Assembly (NCBI GenBank): GCA_040954595.2
Contig: CM082590.2
Coordinates: 3,906,001 to 3,970,000 of the forward strand
Direction: 5' to 3'
Source: Balanoglossus misakiensis
Taxonomy: Eukaryota > Animalia > Hemichordata
DNA length: 64,000 nt
How positions within the stretch are numbered: position 1 is the first letter of the stretch; every line of letters starts with the position of its first letter. Positions 14,958 through 27,420 of the stretch are shown piece by piece. A program made the translations under genes and the position numbers. The notes below the pieces were generated by a model. The model ran no database searches. It saw nothing but the letters and a program-made list of their open reading frames with translations, and was not told where the DNA came from.

Positions 14958-17900
14958 TATTATTATTATTATTATGCTTTATTTAAAGAGGGTAGTCTGT
15001 GTTACAAAGTAGAATTGTAATATACAACAGAGCCCTCAAAGGCAAAATGAGAATGAATACAACAAGGAAAAAAAAACACTGAAAAAATCAAATCAAGTCG
15101 CAATGGCGGAAACATTCATGAAATCTAATCAAGTGATGAACCTTCATTTATAAATTTAGTGTGAAAAAAGTTACGTAGCTGTGACTTGAACTGTGACAGA
15201 CTGTATATACTTCTTATAGACAGGGGAATATTGTTCCAGATATTTGTTGCTCGATACATAAAAGACCTTTGCCCAGTTGCTGTTTTAAAAGTGGGCACAT
15301 ACAAATTAGCGTTGCTGACAGATCTAGTGGTAAAATTATACATCTCAGAAACATAGGAAAATTCATTTAAATAATCAGGCGCCAGGCCATGTAGTATCTT
15401 GAAAGTTTGAACAGCAATGAAATACTCAATTCTAAGATCAATGGGCAACCAATGAAGAGTTATCAGAAGAGAACGAGAAGGAAATGTAATGTCTACTCCT
15501 AAAATTACTCTGCCGGCTCTTTTCTGAAGTTTATAAATTCTCTGTAGATTGGTTTTTGATGTGTTGCCCCAAACAGTGCAACAGTAATCAATTATAGAAA
15601 GGAAAATAGCATTATAAACCAACATAAGAGTATGCCTTGGGGTCAAAGGTCGCAATTTCCTCAGTACCCCAATCCGCATTGACAATTTTCTACTTAAGTT
15701 ATCTATATGAGTATCCCATGTTAAAGCATTGTCAATCTCTATTCCAAGAAGTGTGTGAGAAGAAACACAAGAAATGCAAGTATTATTGATCCTAATATTG
15801 GGAGTGACACTGTGCTCGGACACATTATTAACCTTTGGGCGAGAGGCAACAATCATCCATTTTGTCTTGGTGGTGTTAATTGACATGGCATTATTTGAAA
15901 CCCATGTGGAAATTGGTAAAACGTCCTCTTGAAGTTTTGTACCAACCTCATTAATAGAGATGCCAGAGACACAAAGTGTTTGATCATCAGCAAACATATC
16001 AATGTTGCCCATGCTGAGACTCAAAGGTAAATCATTAATGAAAATTAAAAACAAAAGAGGTCCTAAAATGGAACCTTGTGGAACACCACAAACAACAGGT
16101 AAAGTCTTTGATTCCTCACCCATGTAACTGACAAATTGACATCTATTCGAGAGATATGAACGAAACCATTTTAAAGATACATCATTAACACCGTAAATGG
16201 ACAATTTCCTTAAAAGAATATCATGATCGACCAAGTCAAAGGCCTTACATAAGTCAAGATACATTAGGCCATTGTACAGACCATTATCAATATTTCTCAA
16301 AAGTTGATCTGTAAGCTTCAGCAATGCGGTATTACATGAATGAAAGCGTCTGAAACCCGACTGCGAACTCATAATTAACTTATTATTCTGTAGATAAGTG
16401 TACAGACTGTTATAAACGTGTCTCTCAAGTATCTTTGATAAAGCAGGCAAGATTGATATGGGCCTGTAATTACTAATAACATGTTTCGGCCCGTTCTTAT
16501 GTATGGGTACAACTCTGGCACATTTAAAGCAATCAGGGAAAGTACCATTCGTTATTGACAAATTGAACATATTAGTAATGTGACCCGCTATACTATTTGC
16601 CCCGATTTTAAGAAGTTTGGGGGAGACATTGTCAAAACCATGAGATTTGGTAGCATCTAACGATGCTAGTTGCTCCATCACAAAATTAAATGGGATTTGG
16701 GGCAGCTGAAAAGAAGGTAAATTTGGGCTCATTTGTGAATTAACCCACGTTTTCGTGATTGCCAAATCTGAGTGGCCAGGAAGACTTTGGCGGTACTCAA
16801 CAACAATACTGGTGAAATAATCATTGAAGGCGTCTGCAATGTCTTTGTGATTCGACAGTGTTCTGTTATTGGAAGTGATGCGAGGACTTTGCGAACAGGC
16901 GTTATCATTTGAAAGAATGTCATGTACAGTACGCCATACAACAGTTGGATTACTGGAATTTGCAGAAAAAATACTTCTATAGTAGCGACGCTTCTCGGTG
17001 GTTATAAAGTGAACTACCTTATTTCTTAGTGTTCTATACATACTCCAGTCATCATGCGAGTTGGAACGCACGGCTTTATCGAGATGAAAGTCTCTAACAT
17101 GAATTAGCTCCAAAATCTCCGAAGAAAACCATGGTGGTTGTCGTAGCCGCTTCACCCTTCGAACAACTCTTGGCGCATGCGTATTGCAGATGTCATTAAA
17201 AGAAGTTGCCCAGTCCATAAACGCAGTATTTACATCGTCTGTATGACAATAAGACTCAAAAGCAGAGTTTAAGTCATCGATAAAGCTGTTTGCATGAAAG
17301 TTTCGAAAATGCCTACTGGTAACATAAATATGTGAGCCCGTATTACAATTGTTGGCATGGTAACGTCGTATAACACAAACAGGATAGTAGTCGGAAAGAC
17401 CAACCTTAGGGATACAGGTTCTCGAAATGTTACTAGGACTATTTACATAAATGTGATCAAGCAAGGTTCCCGATATGGGGCGAGTTACAGTGGTGACGAG
17501 TTGACTAAAATTCATAGATTCCATACACTTATACAGATAGCTATTCCTCCAATTTGGACTCAGGAGGTTGAAGTTAAAATCACCCAATACAATCATTTCT
17601 TTGTTTTCTAAATAAACAGATTCGATAATACTCTCAATAACTTTGTCAACAGAAAGAGTTGAACTAGGTGGTCTATAAATACCAATTACAAAGATTGGAC
17701 GGGCGTAATTAATAGACAGTTCAATTATGATGACCTCGGTATTACAGTTTTCAAGATCATGCCTGCGCTTGAAGGTGAAATTCGAGTTAACATAAGCGAG
17801 AAGGCCACCACCAGGTCCAGTTGACCTGTCTTTTCTGCATGATTCGTACCCATTAATGATAAAATCTGCATCACAATGAAGGTCACTGAGAAATGTTTCA

Positions 17901-18119
17901 CTCAAAATAAGAACATCGAAAGGTTTAATGTTATTGTTCAATTTTAAGCGCAATTCATCAATCTTGTTGGTTAAATGTTGAATGTTCCAAAAACCAATAC
18001 GAATACCTTTTGAAGTAGTGAGATCATGAAATGGGTGACTACTGGAGTTCGCAGTAGGATCAACATGTGGTTTCGGTGAAGTTGATGTGATGTCGCCATG
18101 AGTAGTAGTATTTTCGGCA
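14958..18119 (-). mobile_element. 5'-truncated non-LTR retrotransposon (CR1/L2-group LINE) inserted in the satellite
   Basis: TSD cactat at 14952-14957 and 18120-18125; removing the insert restores the monomer ...ttttccactatactctg.... On the minus strand there is an AATAAA followed by a (TAA)n tail at 14958-14984 and a 3' stem-loop at ~14988-15037. Encodes APE+RT. Confidence 0.93.
15125..18118 (-). CDS. LINE ORF2: apurinic-like endonuclease + reverse transcriptase (open to the truncation point)
   Basis: The frame is open upstream of the listed ORF (GIRIGFWNIQHL, EEP motif I). Motifs: LSET, YRPP, GDFN, LLDHIY, NYRPISILP, QSGFR, YLDLCKAFD, GVPQGSILGPLLF, FADD. Confidence 0.93.
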   Translation of the reverse strand, partial: AENTTTHGDITSTSPKPHVDPTANSSSHPFHDLTTSKGIRIGFWNIQHLTNKIDELRLKLNNNIKPFDVLILSETFLSDLHCDADFIINGYESCRKDRSTGPGGGLLAYVNSNFTFKRRHDLENCNTEVIIIELSINYARPIFVIGIYRPPSSTLSVDKVIESIIESVYLENKEMIVLGDFNFNLLSPNWRNSYLYKCMESMNFSQLVTTVTRPISGTLLDHIYVNSPSNISRTCIPKVGLSDYYPVCVIRRYHANNCNTGSHIYVTSRHFRNFHANSFIDDLNSAFESYCHTDDVNTAFMDWATSFNDICNTHAPRVVRRVKRLRQPPWFSSEILELIHVRDFHLDKAVRSNSHDDWSMYRTLRNKVVHFITTEKRRYYRSIFSANSSNPTVVWRTVHDILSNDNACSQSPRITSNNRTLSNHKDIADAFNDYFTSIVVEYRQSLPGHSDLAITKTWVNSQMSPNLPSFQLPQIPFNFVMEQLASLDATKSHGFDNVSPKLLKIGANSIAGHITNMFNLSITNGTFPDCFKCARVVPIHKNGPKHVISNYRPISILPALSKILERHVYNSLYTYLQNNKLIMSSQSGFRRFHSCNTALLKLTDQLLRNIDNGLYNGLMYLDLCKAFDLVDHDILLRKLSIYGVNDVSLKWFRSYLSNRCQFVSYMGEESKTLPVVCGVPQGSILGPLLFLIFINDLPLSLSMGNIDMFADDQTLCVSGISINEVGTKLQEDVLPISTWVSNNAMSINTTKTKWMIVASRPKVNNVSEHSVTPNIRINNTCISCVSSHTLLGIEIDNALTWDTHIDNLSRKLSMRIGVLRKLRPLTPRHTLMLVYNAIFLSIIDYCCTVWGNTSKTNLQRIYKLQKRAGRVILGVDITFPSRSLLITLHWLPIDLRIEYFIAVQTFKILHGLAPDYLNEFSYVSEMYNFTTRSVSNANLYVPTFKTATGQRSFMYRATNIWNNIPLSIRSIYSLSQFKSQLRNFFHTKFINEGSSLD

Positions 18120-21100
18120 CACTATACTCTGTTGATCGAGAGATAGTTCTAAAATTTCCATGTTTGCTTCCAAACAGCCTCGTTTATTTACGGAATTCTG
18201 TTTTGAGGCGCAGAACACATAGATAGGCATATGTGCATAAGAAAGTTTTCCACTATAGACTCTGTAGATCGAGAGATAGTTCTAAAATTTCCATGGTTGC
18301 TTCCAAACACAGCCTCGTTTGTTTACAAAATTCTGTTGTGATGCGCAGAACACATATATAGGCCTATGCGCATAAGAACGTTTTCCACTAGATTCTGTAG
18401 ATCGACGGATAGCTGTAAAATTTCCATGGTTGCTTCCAAACTGCCTCGTTTATTTACCGATTTCTGTTGTGAGGCGCAGAACACATGATAGGCCTATGCG
18501 CATAAGACATTTTTCCACTGGACTCTGTAGATCGACGGATAGTTCTAAAATTTCCATGGTTGCTTCCAAACAGCCTCGTTTATTTACCGAATTCTGTTGT
18601 GAGGCGCAGAACACGTAATAGGCCTATGCTCATTAGAAAGTTTTCCACCAGACTCTGTAGATCGACGGATAGTTCTAAAATTTCCATGGTTGCTTCCAAA
18701 CAGCCTCGTTTATTTACCGAATTCTGTTGTGAGGCGCAGAACACATATATAGGCCTATGCGCATAAGAACGTTTTCCACTAGACTCTGTAGATCGACGGA
18801 CAGTTGTAAAATGTCCATGGTTGCTTCCAAATACAGCCTTGTTTATTTACCGAATTCTGTTGTGAGGCGCAGAACACGTAATAGGCCTATGCGAATAAGA
18901 AAGTTTTCCACCAGACTCTGTAGATCGACGGATAGTTGTAAAATTTCCATGGTTGCTTCCAAACAGCCTCGTTTATTTACCGATTTCTGTTGTGAGGCGC
19001 AGAACACATAGATAGGCCTATGCGCATAAGAAACTTTTCAACTTTAGATCAACGGATAGTTCTAAAATTTCCATGGTTGTTTCCAAACAGCCTCGTTTAT
19101 TTACCGAATTCTGTTGTGATGCGTAGAACACATACATATGCCTATGCGCATAAGAAAGTTTTCAACTAGACTCCGTAGATCGACGAATAGTTCTAAAATG
19201 TCCATGGTTGCTTCCAAACAAAGCCTCGTTTGTTTACAAAATTCTGTTGTGATGCGCAGAACACATAGATAGGCCTATGCGCATATGAACGTTTTCCACT
19301 ATAACTCTGTTGATCAAGAGATAGTTCTAAAATTTCCATGTTTGCTTCCAAACAGCCTCGTTTATTTACGGAATTCTGTTTTGAGGCGCAAAACACATAG
19401 ATAGGCATATGTGCATAAGAAACTTTTCCACTATAGACTCTGTAGATCGAGAGATAGTTCTAAAATTTCCACGGTTGCTTCCAAACACAGCCTCGTTTGT
19501 TTACCGATTTCTGTTGTGATGCGCATAACACATAGATAGGCCTATGCGCATAAGAACGCTTTCCACTAGACTCTGTAGATCGAGAGATAGTTCTAAAATT
19601 TCCATGGTTGCTTCCAAACAGCCTCGTTTGTTTAAAAAATTATGTTGTGTTGCGCAGAACTCATATATAGGCCTATGCGCGTAAGAACGTTTTCCACTAG
19701 ACTCTGTAGATCGACGGATAGCTGTAAAATTTCCATGGTTGCTTCCAAACAGCCTCATTTATTTACCGATTTCTGTTGTGAGGCGCAGAACACATGATAG
19801 GCCTATGCGCATAAGAACGTTTTCCACTAGACTCTGTAGATCGACGGATAGTTCTAAAATTTCCATGGTTGCTTCCAAACAGCTTCGTTTATTTACCGAT
19901 TTCTGTTGTGAGGCGCAGAACACATAGATAGGCCTATGCGCATATGAAACTTTTCAACTTTAGATCGACGGATAGTTCTAAAATTTCCATGGTTGCTTCA
20001 AAACTGTCTCGTGTATTTACGGAATTCTGTTGGGAGGCACAGAACACATAGAAAGGCATATGTGCATAATAAAGATCGACGCATAGTTCTAAAATTTCCA
20101 TGGTTGCTTCAAAACAGTCTCGTGTATTTACGGAATTCTGTTGGGAGGCACAGAACACACACATATGCCTATGCGCATAAGGAAGTTTCGCACTAGACTC
20201 TGTAGATCGACGGATAGTTCTAAAATTTCCATGATTGCTTCCAAACACATACTCGATTGTTTACAAAATTCTGTTGTGATGCGCAGAACACATATATAGG
20301 CCTATGCGCATATGAACGTTTTCCACTATACTCTGTAGATCGACAGATAGTTCTAAAATGTCCATTGTTGCTTCCAAACAAAGCCTCGTTTGTTTACAAA
20401 ATTCTGTTGTGATGTGCATAACACATGATAGGCCTATGCGCATATGAACGTTTTCCACTATACTCTGTAGATCGAGAGATAGTTGTAGAATTTCCATGTT
20501 TGCTTCCAAACAGCCTCGTTTATTTACGGAATTCTGTTGTGAGGCGCAGAACACATGATAGGCCTATGCGCATAAGACATTTTTCCACTAGACTCTGTAG
20601 ATCGACGGATAGTTCAAAAATTTCCATGGTTGCTTCCAAACAGCCTCGTTTATTTACCGAATTCTGTTGTGAGGCGCAGAACATGTAATAGGCCTATGCG
20701 CATAAGAAACTTTTCCACCAGACTCTGTGGATCGACGGATAGTTGTAAAATTTCTATGGTTGTTTCCAAACAGCCTCGTTTATTTACCGAATTCTGTAGT
20801 GATGCGTAGAACACATACATATGCCTATGCGCATAAGAAATTTTTCCACTAGACTCCGTAGATCGACGGATAGTTCTAAAATTTCCATGGTTGCTTCCAA
20901 ACAAAGCATCGTTTGTTTACAAAATTCTGTTGTGATGCGCAGAACACATAGAGAGGCCTATGCGCATAAGAACGTTTTCCACTAGACTCTGTATATCGAC
21001 GGATAGTTCTAAAATTTCCATGGTTGCTTCCAAACACATCCTCGTTTGTTTACAAAATTCTGTTGTGATGCGCAGAACACATAGATAGGCCTATGCGCAT

Positions 21101-21951
21101 TGGAAAGTTTTCCACTAGACTCCGTAGATCGACGGATAGTTCTGAAATTTCCATGGTTGCTTCCAAACACATCCTCGTTTGTTTACAAAATTCTGTTGTG
21201 ATGCGCAGAACACATAGATAGGCCTATGCGCATATGAACGTTTTCCACTATACTCTGTAGATCGACGGATAGTTCTAAAATTTCCATGGTTGCTTCCAAA
21301 CAGCCTCGTTTATTTACCGAATTCTGTTGTGAGGCACAGAACACATAGATAGTCCTATGTGCATAAGAAAGTTTTCCACAAGACTCTGTAGATCGCGAGA
21401 TAGTTCTAAAATTTCCATGATTGCTTCCAGACACAGCCTCGTTTGTTTACAAAATTCTGTTGGGAAGCGCAGAACACATAGATAGGCCTATGCGCATAAG
21501 AACGTTTTCCACTAGACTCTGTAGATCGACGGATAGTTCTAAAATTTCCATGGTTGCTTCGAAACAAAGCCTTGTTTGTTTACAAAATTATGTTGTGATG
21601 CGCAGAACACATGATAGGCCAATGCGCATAAGAAACTTTTCCACTGTAGATCGACGGATAGTTCTAAAATGTCCATCGTTGCTTCCAAACAGCCTCGTTT
21701 ATTTACCGAATTCTGTTGCGATGCGTAGAACACATAGATAAGCCTATGCGCATAAGAAAGTTTTCCACTAGACTCTTTAGATCGACGGATAGTTCTAAAA
21801 TTCCCATGGTTGCTTCCAAACACTGCCTCGTTTGTTTACCGAATTCTGTTGTGATGCGCAGAACACATAGATAGGCCTATGTGCATAAGAAAGTTTTCCA
21901 CTAGCCTCTGTAGATCGACGGATAGTTCTAAAATTTCCGTGGTTGCTTCCA
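18120..21951. repeat. Continuation of the ~130-bp satellite (~29 copies), more diverged toward its edge
   Basis: Same monomer; substitutions and indels increase after ~19,930; the array stops abruptly at ...ggttgcttcca 21,951. Confidence 0.97.
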
Positions 21952-22419
21952 GTCTAATTAATTCAGATAAAAAGAATTGACACATTATGATGTAAATATT
22001 TATAAAAGTAGTAATAATGTAAGAGATAACCATAATTCAAAATTCATTAAATTCTAATGTAATTTTAAAGTTTTGTTTTAAATTTTTCATGAAAAAAATA
22101 AGCATATCAAGTGACATGTTTAATAGTGAAAAAAAACCTGAATGTCACAAAATCAACAATCATCTAAAGAGAATAAACACTGATTCATCTTTTCCATCAC
22201 ACTGTATCAAAAACTCCTACCAAAAGTACAGTATTATTTAAACCACAAATAAGAAAAATCTCCTTATTATGACTTGTCAGATTATTAGGTGACAGACAGG
22301 AATTGGCAGATGCTGGAGGCCGGGAGAAAATCATCCTATCTTATCTGCTCCAGACCGCTTTGAATATTCTCCTAATCCTGATGTACATGTATCAGATCAA
22401 TCTTGTATGTTACTAATTG

Positions 22420-23148
22420 AACAATTTGTTCTTCGGTATAACAGAACCAGTTGAATACTCAAAGTCATGCAAAGGGTAAGACAATATCTCTTCTCCAGAA
22501 AGTCAAGGGTTCTTGAGAATATTCCTTCTACACAGGCAGCTCTAAAAGAACATGTGCTATGAGAAACCTAGCAAAGCTATATCAAACCAACAGAATCCCA
22601 TTGGAAATCAAGTTGGAAAACTCTTAGTCAAGCCCAAGAAAAGAGTCAACCTCAGGAAATCAGTTGTAAAAAGTAATGCACATGTTCCTGTAGGTGCTTT
22701 AGGTCTAGTCTGACAGCAGTGCTCTTTGTTACTGTAAAGGAGAATGTCATCAAGATTGATCTGATACATGTACATGAGGATTAGGATAATATACAGAGGA
22801 ATGTATGGAAGCAAGTATGTTTTACAACCCATATTCCTGTTTCTGAGTGTTACAATTGACCAAAAAGTGCCAATAATGGGAGAAAAGTGTGAATGTCAGT
22901 TTCTGGCTGCTATTTTGGGATCCATATTGGAAAATGTCCGCCATGGGTCAATGAATAATTGTACCAAATTTCATGCTTTTAACCCAAAGTGCACGATTTT
23001 AAAGTTTGAATATCTGTTTCTGGTCACTAGAGGGCTGTGTCATTTTAGATCCATATCAGAAAATGGCCGCCATGGGTCAATGCATAAGTGTACCAAGTTT
23101 CATGCTTTTAACCCAAATTGCACGATTTTTGGGTTAACTGCCCCACTA
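22420..23148 (+). pseudogene. Degraded AcademX-like DNA transposon 3' part (transposase C-terminus, Cys-rich finger, right terminus)
   Basis: Manual translation gives QFVLRYNRTS*...RQYLFSRKSRVLENIPSTQAALKEHVL* and then SCKK*CTCSCRCFRSSLT/SALCYCKGEC. This resembles the Academ IPPTxAALxxH motif and C-terminal Cys8 finger. Duplicated subterminal block (~22937, ~23066) ends in ...gccccacta (TAG terminus on the other strand). Confidence 0.65.
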
Positions 23149-25059
23149 CAAGGAGAAGTGCAGACTGAAATGCAGTGATTGTCAATGTTGTAAATGTATG
23201 TTTTGTTGTTTCTGTAAAATGTCATGTTTTTGTAGAATTGATGTTTAACAACTTAGCTACTTTGCATGTCAAGCAAGGAGTACACTCAGTCTGAGGTTGC
23301 CAACCTGTCTATCAGATGTGAAGTTAATACCTTAAATAATTACAATGACATTGTTCATTTCCCCTGTATGTGTAAAAATCACATGTAATTTATTCAAAAG
23401 CTGACTACAAATCACATAGCACAATGCTCATTCAAAACAAGATATAATTTTTAAGTTTTAAGTTATAAGGTTTATTTAGTAGAGCATGTTTTGTACATTA
23501 CATTATATTTCCAGTTTTGATTGGAAAAACTGCATGAAAATACGTGTTCACCGAGTTGCAATGACAGTATTACAGTACATCCATATCATTCCTAATTTTA
23601 CGTGAGAAAACACTGTTGTTGGTATAAGTCAGAAACTGACATGAAACTGAATACATATAACTCTTCTTTACACCAGTAATTTCTCACAATATTTTAATGT
23701 GACTATACCATTGTTATTTGTATTTGATGTACATGTTCCCAATTGTGAAACAATAACACTTAGTATACAGTAAATATGAACAGGTTGTTTGGTTTATAGA
23801 GGTGATAAGTTTTAATGTACAGGTTTAATTCTTTTACATTGTGTCTAAAGGCAAAGGATTCCGAAAACTGTTTTGTATAGACAGTGTTCTAAGGTTTTGG
23901 CAGGGTTTTATTTAGACACAGGTTCTTCTGTTCATGACAGGCCCATAAAACTATATTCAGTACTAAATTACAGCCTGCCAATGGCATATATGATTCTAGA
24001 ACATTTTTCTGTATCTTTACTGATCTTTACTGTAGCAACAGTAATCTTTTTTCAGCATCCAGTTGTTTGGAGTACTTAACAAACCTTGCTTTTAGGTTTT
24101 CAGACTTTTTCACAGATATTTCATGTGTAAACTTTGGGAATACCTTGTGCTCCCTGTTAGGCTTTATTGTAAATAAATCCTTTAATTTATACATATTAAC
24201 ACACTTCCTCACATCTTTAGTTGTGTTGCCAGTGGTGGTATGTGGTGTGTATTGGTACTTGTCTGCTACTTGATCAAAATACAATTTCTCCATTGACTTT
24301 CCAAGCGAACCAACAAGTCTTGAGAATCTTGCCATTTGTGTATCATTGTATTGACCACGACAGCGCTTCAGATTTTCTGAGACACAAAATTGAACCAAAA
24401 TTTACTAAATAAATACTCTAGGTATCATAATTGGCATATTGTAATAAATATGTTACAACATTCTCACACATTTTTGAGAAAGCAAATAAATCAAATTTCA
24501 CCAAAGTCATTAATTACAGGAAAAACAAAAGAGCTTGACATGTCCAAAAACAAAAACTTTTGTCCTACTTTCTTGTCCTATTTGGAGGTTAACCAAATAT
24601 AGTTTTTCTTTACCGTAAACTTTATACATGTATTTATACCATGTACTGAGGGGAATACGATACTGTTTATTGAGCTCAAAATCCCTGATGAAGCTTAGAC
24701 TGTGGGTTGAAATCAAAATTTCAATTTCATTGAGAAAATTTACACCAAAATATCCACTGCAGCCCCTACAGACCAGTGTAAAATTTGCTGGTTCCATCAG
24801 ACATGTACATGACATGAAGGACTATTTTTAATACCTGCGTTTGAATTCGTTATTCAAGAATTCAATGGCCAGATCCAAAGCCACATTATTGCAAATGCCT
24901 CCACGGATATTTACTGTTGGGTTCCACTTGATTTCTTCTGGGAGTCTCTTTGGCAACCACTAATTTACTCCTGGGAAAGGAAATGTTTTAATTTATTTAC
25001 CTCATCGGTTTTATCTTACTTGTAAAACCTGTACATGTTATGTCTTAATTAATTCTTAA

Positions 25060-25499
25060 ACCCTGGTGCGGAAAGTCCTGGGGTTCGGATTAACGTGTGT
25101 TTGTATAGTTGTTTATTTGGGAGTGGTCGTCGTGCATAATGACTGTGTAATTGCTCTCATGTACACAGAAAATAATTGAACACTTCACACTTCCACGCCA
25201 TTGACAACTGTTTGAATGGCGTGGTTATTGTTTCCCAAGGACGCTTCTGAAAAGCACTGAAACCAGATTTCTCCCAAAATCATCGTTGTTTCATAAGCTC
25301 GTGTACTTTTTCGTCAATAACTTTATGTTGTGTGTGTTTATAAAGCCAACTACTGACGTTGTGTGGTGTAATTCTTTACGCTTGGACCTGTTTGGGCCGA
25401 TTTTCATAGAGCCAAGATCGTTGGTGTTGTCTGTTGTCAGTCAAACGGCATTAAGACTCGCTACTGATTTGAGGGGCCTTTTATACCCCGCACCGGGGT
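25060..25499. mobile_element. ~440-bp MITE with TTAA TSD
   Basis: ttaa|accctggtgcgg (25060) ... ccgcaccggggt|ttaa (25499): 12-bp TIR with 1 mismatch. Superfamily uncertain (piggyBac/Kolobok-type target). Confidence 0.6.
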
Positions 25500-26399
25500 T
25501 TAATCATAGACCCTAGAGAAACGGGACAGGAAAGGGCGGCAAACATCAAAGGAAAAGGGGATTAGCCGGTTTTGATCCTAAATGGAATAATTACAAAAGG
25601 TGTCAATCGGTCGTGGATGGGCGATCGTCAGTGTCCAACACCCCTGACTGCTTTGCAGACGACAAGTAATCTTAGTGATCTTCGGAATACTATTGTTGTT
25701 TGATGCCGGTCGAATCCCGCCGATTTTTGCTGCAATTTTAAACATTATATAACTTAATTTCTTCCAATAATGGTCTCGAATAAACTTTTAATGTCTTCAT
25801 TTGAAGACAGACAATTATTGAAAACACTCATGGCCAAGAGATTATTTTTTGGTCGTGATATCTGACTCTGAATTTTAACCCGAATCGCATATCGTCGCGA
25901 CGCCGAATATCGTGTTGTAGAAGTCATCGCGGAGATTGTGACCGTTTTTCTGTAAGAAGACAATCCGTCGATCGGAAATTCTTTAAAATATGAAATCTTC
26001 AGCATACAAGAAGTGCTACGATGTGTTTCATTGTTAAACTGTTAGTGTTAATTTTACGTTTGCCGTCAAAAAGAACATTGCGTAGTACTTCCGGTTGCGT
26101 GTAGTGTAAAATTTCATGCTGCCGATTGGGTCCTTTTTTTACGGAAGATATTCCTTGAATGTCTTAACCTCTTATTAGGGCCCAAGCGCATACCAGCGCT
26201 TGGGCCCTATTGGTTTCGTTGGGGTTTTTCTGTCTTTCCTTCTTTCTTCTTTCTTCTTTCTTCTTCTTTCTTTATTCTTGTGTCAATTCTTTGTCGCTCT
26301 AGATCTCAGACACCACTGCAGGTACACTTCTCAAACTTGCTACAGTGGTCAAGGTCAATGAGTAGATGTGCATTGAACCCTTGAATTTTTAATTAGTCA

Positions 26400-27420
26400 C
26401 GTGACCTGGCGGCCATATTAGATTTTCTGATAAAAATGCAAATCTCAGATCTCAGAAACTACAAGTCAGATCGACTTCAAACTTGGTGTGCAGGTAGTCT
26501 ACCTTCTACCCATCATTTTTGTAATTGGATATTTTGCTGTCAATGTTGCAGTTTTTTTGCTACAGTTGTTTTTCTGAAATCTGGTCAAAATTTCAAAAAT
26601 CTTCTTCTCCAGAACCGGCGATAACCGAGTCACGCGGTTTGGGGTATGTGGTCACCAAACTGAGGTCTATCAAGTTTGCGAAGATCATTGTGATTGGTCG
26701 AAGATTATGGCGGCCATATTGGATTTTCGAAAAACCCTAGTAAAATTTCAAAAATCTTCTTCTCAAGAACCGGCGATAACCGAGTCACAAGATTTGGTGT
26801 GTGTGGTCATTAAACAGATGTCTATCAAGTTTGCGAAGATCATTGTGATTGGTCGAAGATTTTGGCGGCCATATTGGATTTTGTGAACAACGATTAAAAA
26901 GTAAAAATTCTGTTTCTAGCCTAAAAATTGATAGCACAGAAATTCTTTTTATGGATATGAATCATCATATGACAAGAATAAGCTATAAATATTTTGGTAA
27001 TTTTGGCAATGACCTTTGACCTACTTTTGACGCATCATTTTTCTGCATATCTAATTCCAGGCTAACCAATAGGGCTATAAGTTTGGTTTTTGATGTATGT
27101 GGTTTTGTATGTGATCAAAAATTTTTGCTACTTTTCATGACCCCTTTGACCTCTGCTGACCTCATTAAATATGCGCATACCTAATTACAGATGAACCAAA
27201 TGACCTAGAGGTTTGTTTTTTTCTGGACATGGATCAGTATGGGGTCAAAATATTTTGCCCAAATGTTGGATGACCTCGGGTGACCTTTGACCTACTTTTG
27301 CATATCTCGACATCCACAGCAGATACAGCCTTGGCGTTTGGAGGTATGGGGCCATAATGAAAAGCCAAAGTTTTGGGTCACCTGTGACACCTGCTTAACT
27401 CATTAAGTATGCGCATACCT
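26400..27420 (+). repeat. ~1-kb direct repeat, left copy (right copy ~49694-50720; partial third copy ~49095-49560)
   Basis: gtgacctggcggccatatt...aaaatgcaaatctcagatctcagaaactacaagtcagat... is collinear in both arms; ORFs 26525-26740 and 49827-50033 translate nearly identically. Confidence 0.9.

Noticed and set aside
1-21951. Dozens of ~62-aa ORFs (MLPNSLVYLP...) and a possible CRISPR-like reading of the array
   Set aside because: The ORFs are by-products of the 130-bp period. There are no unique spacers and no cas genes, and the context is eukaryotic.
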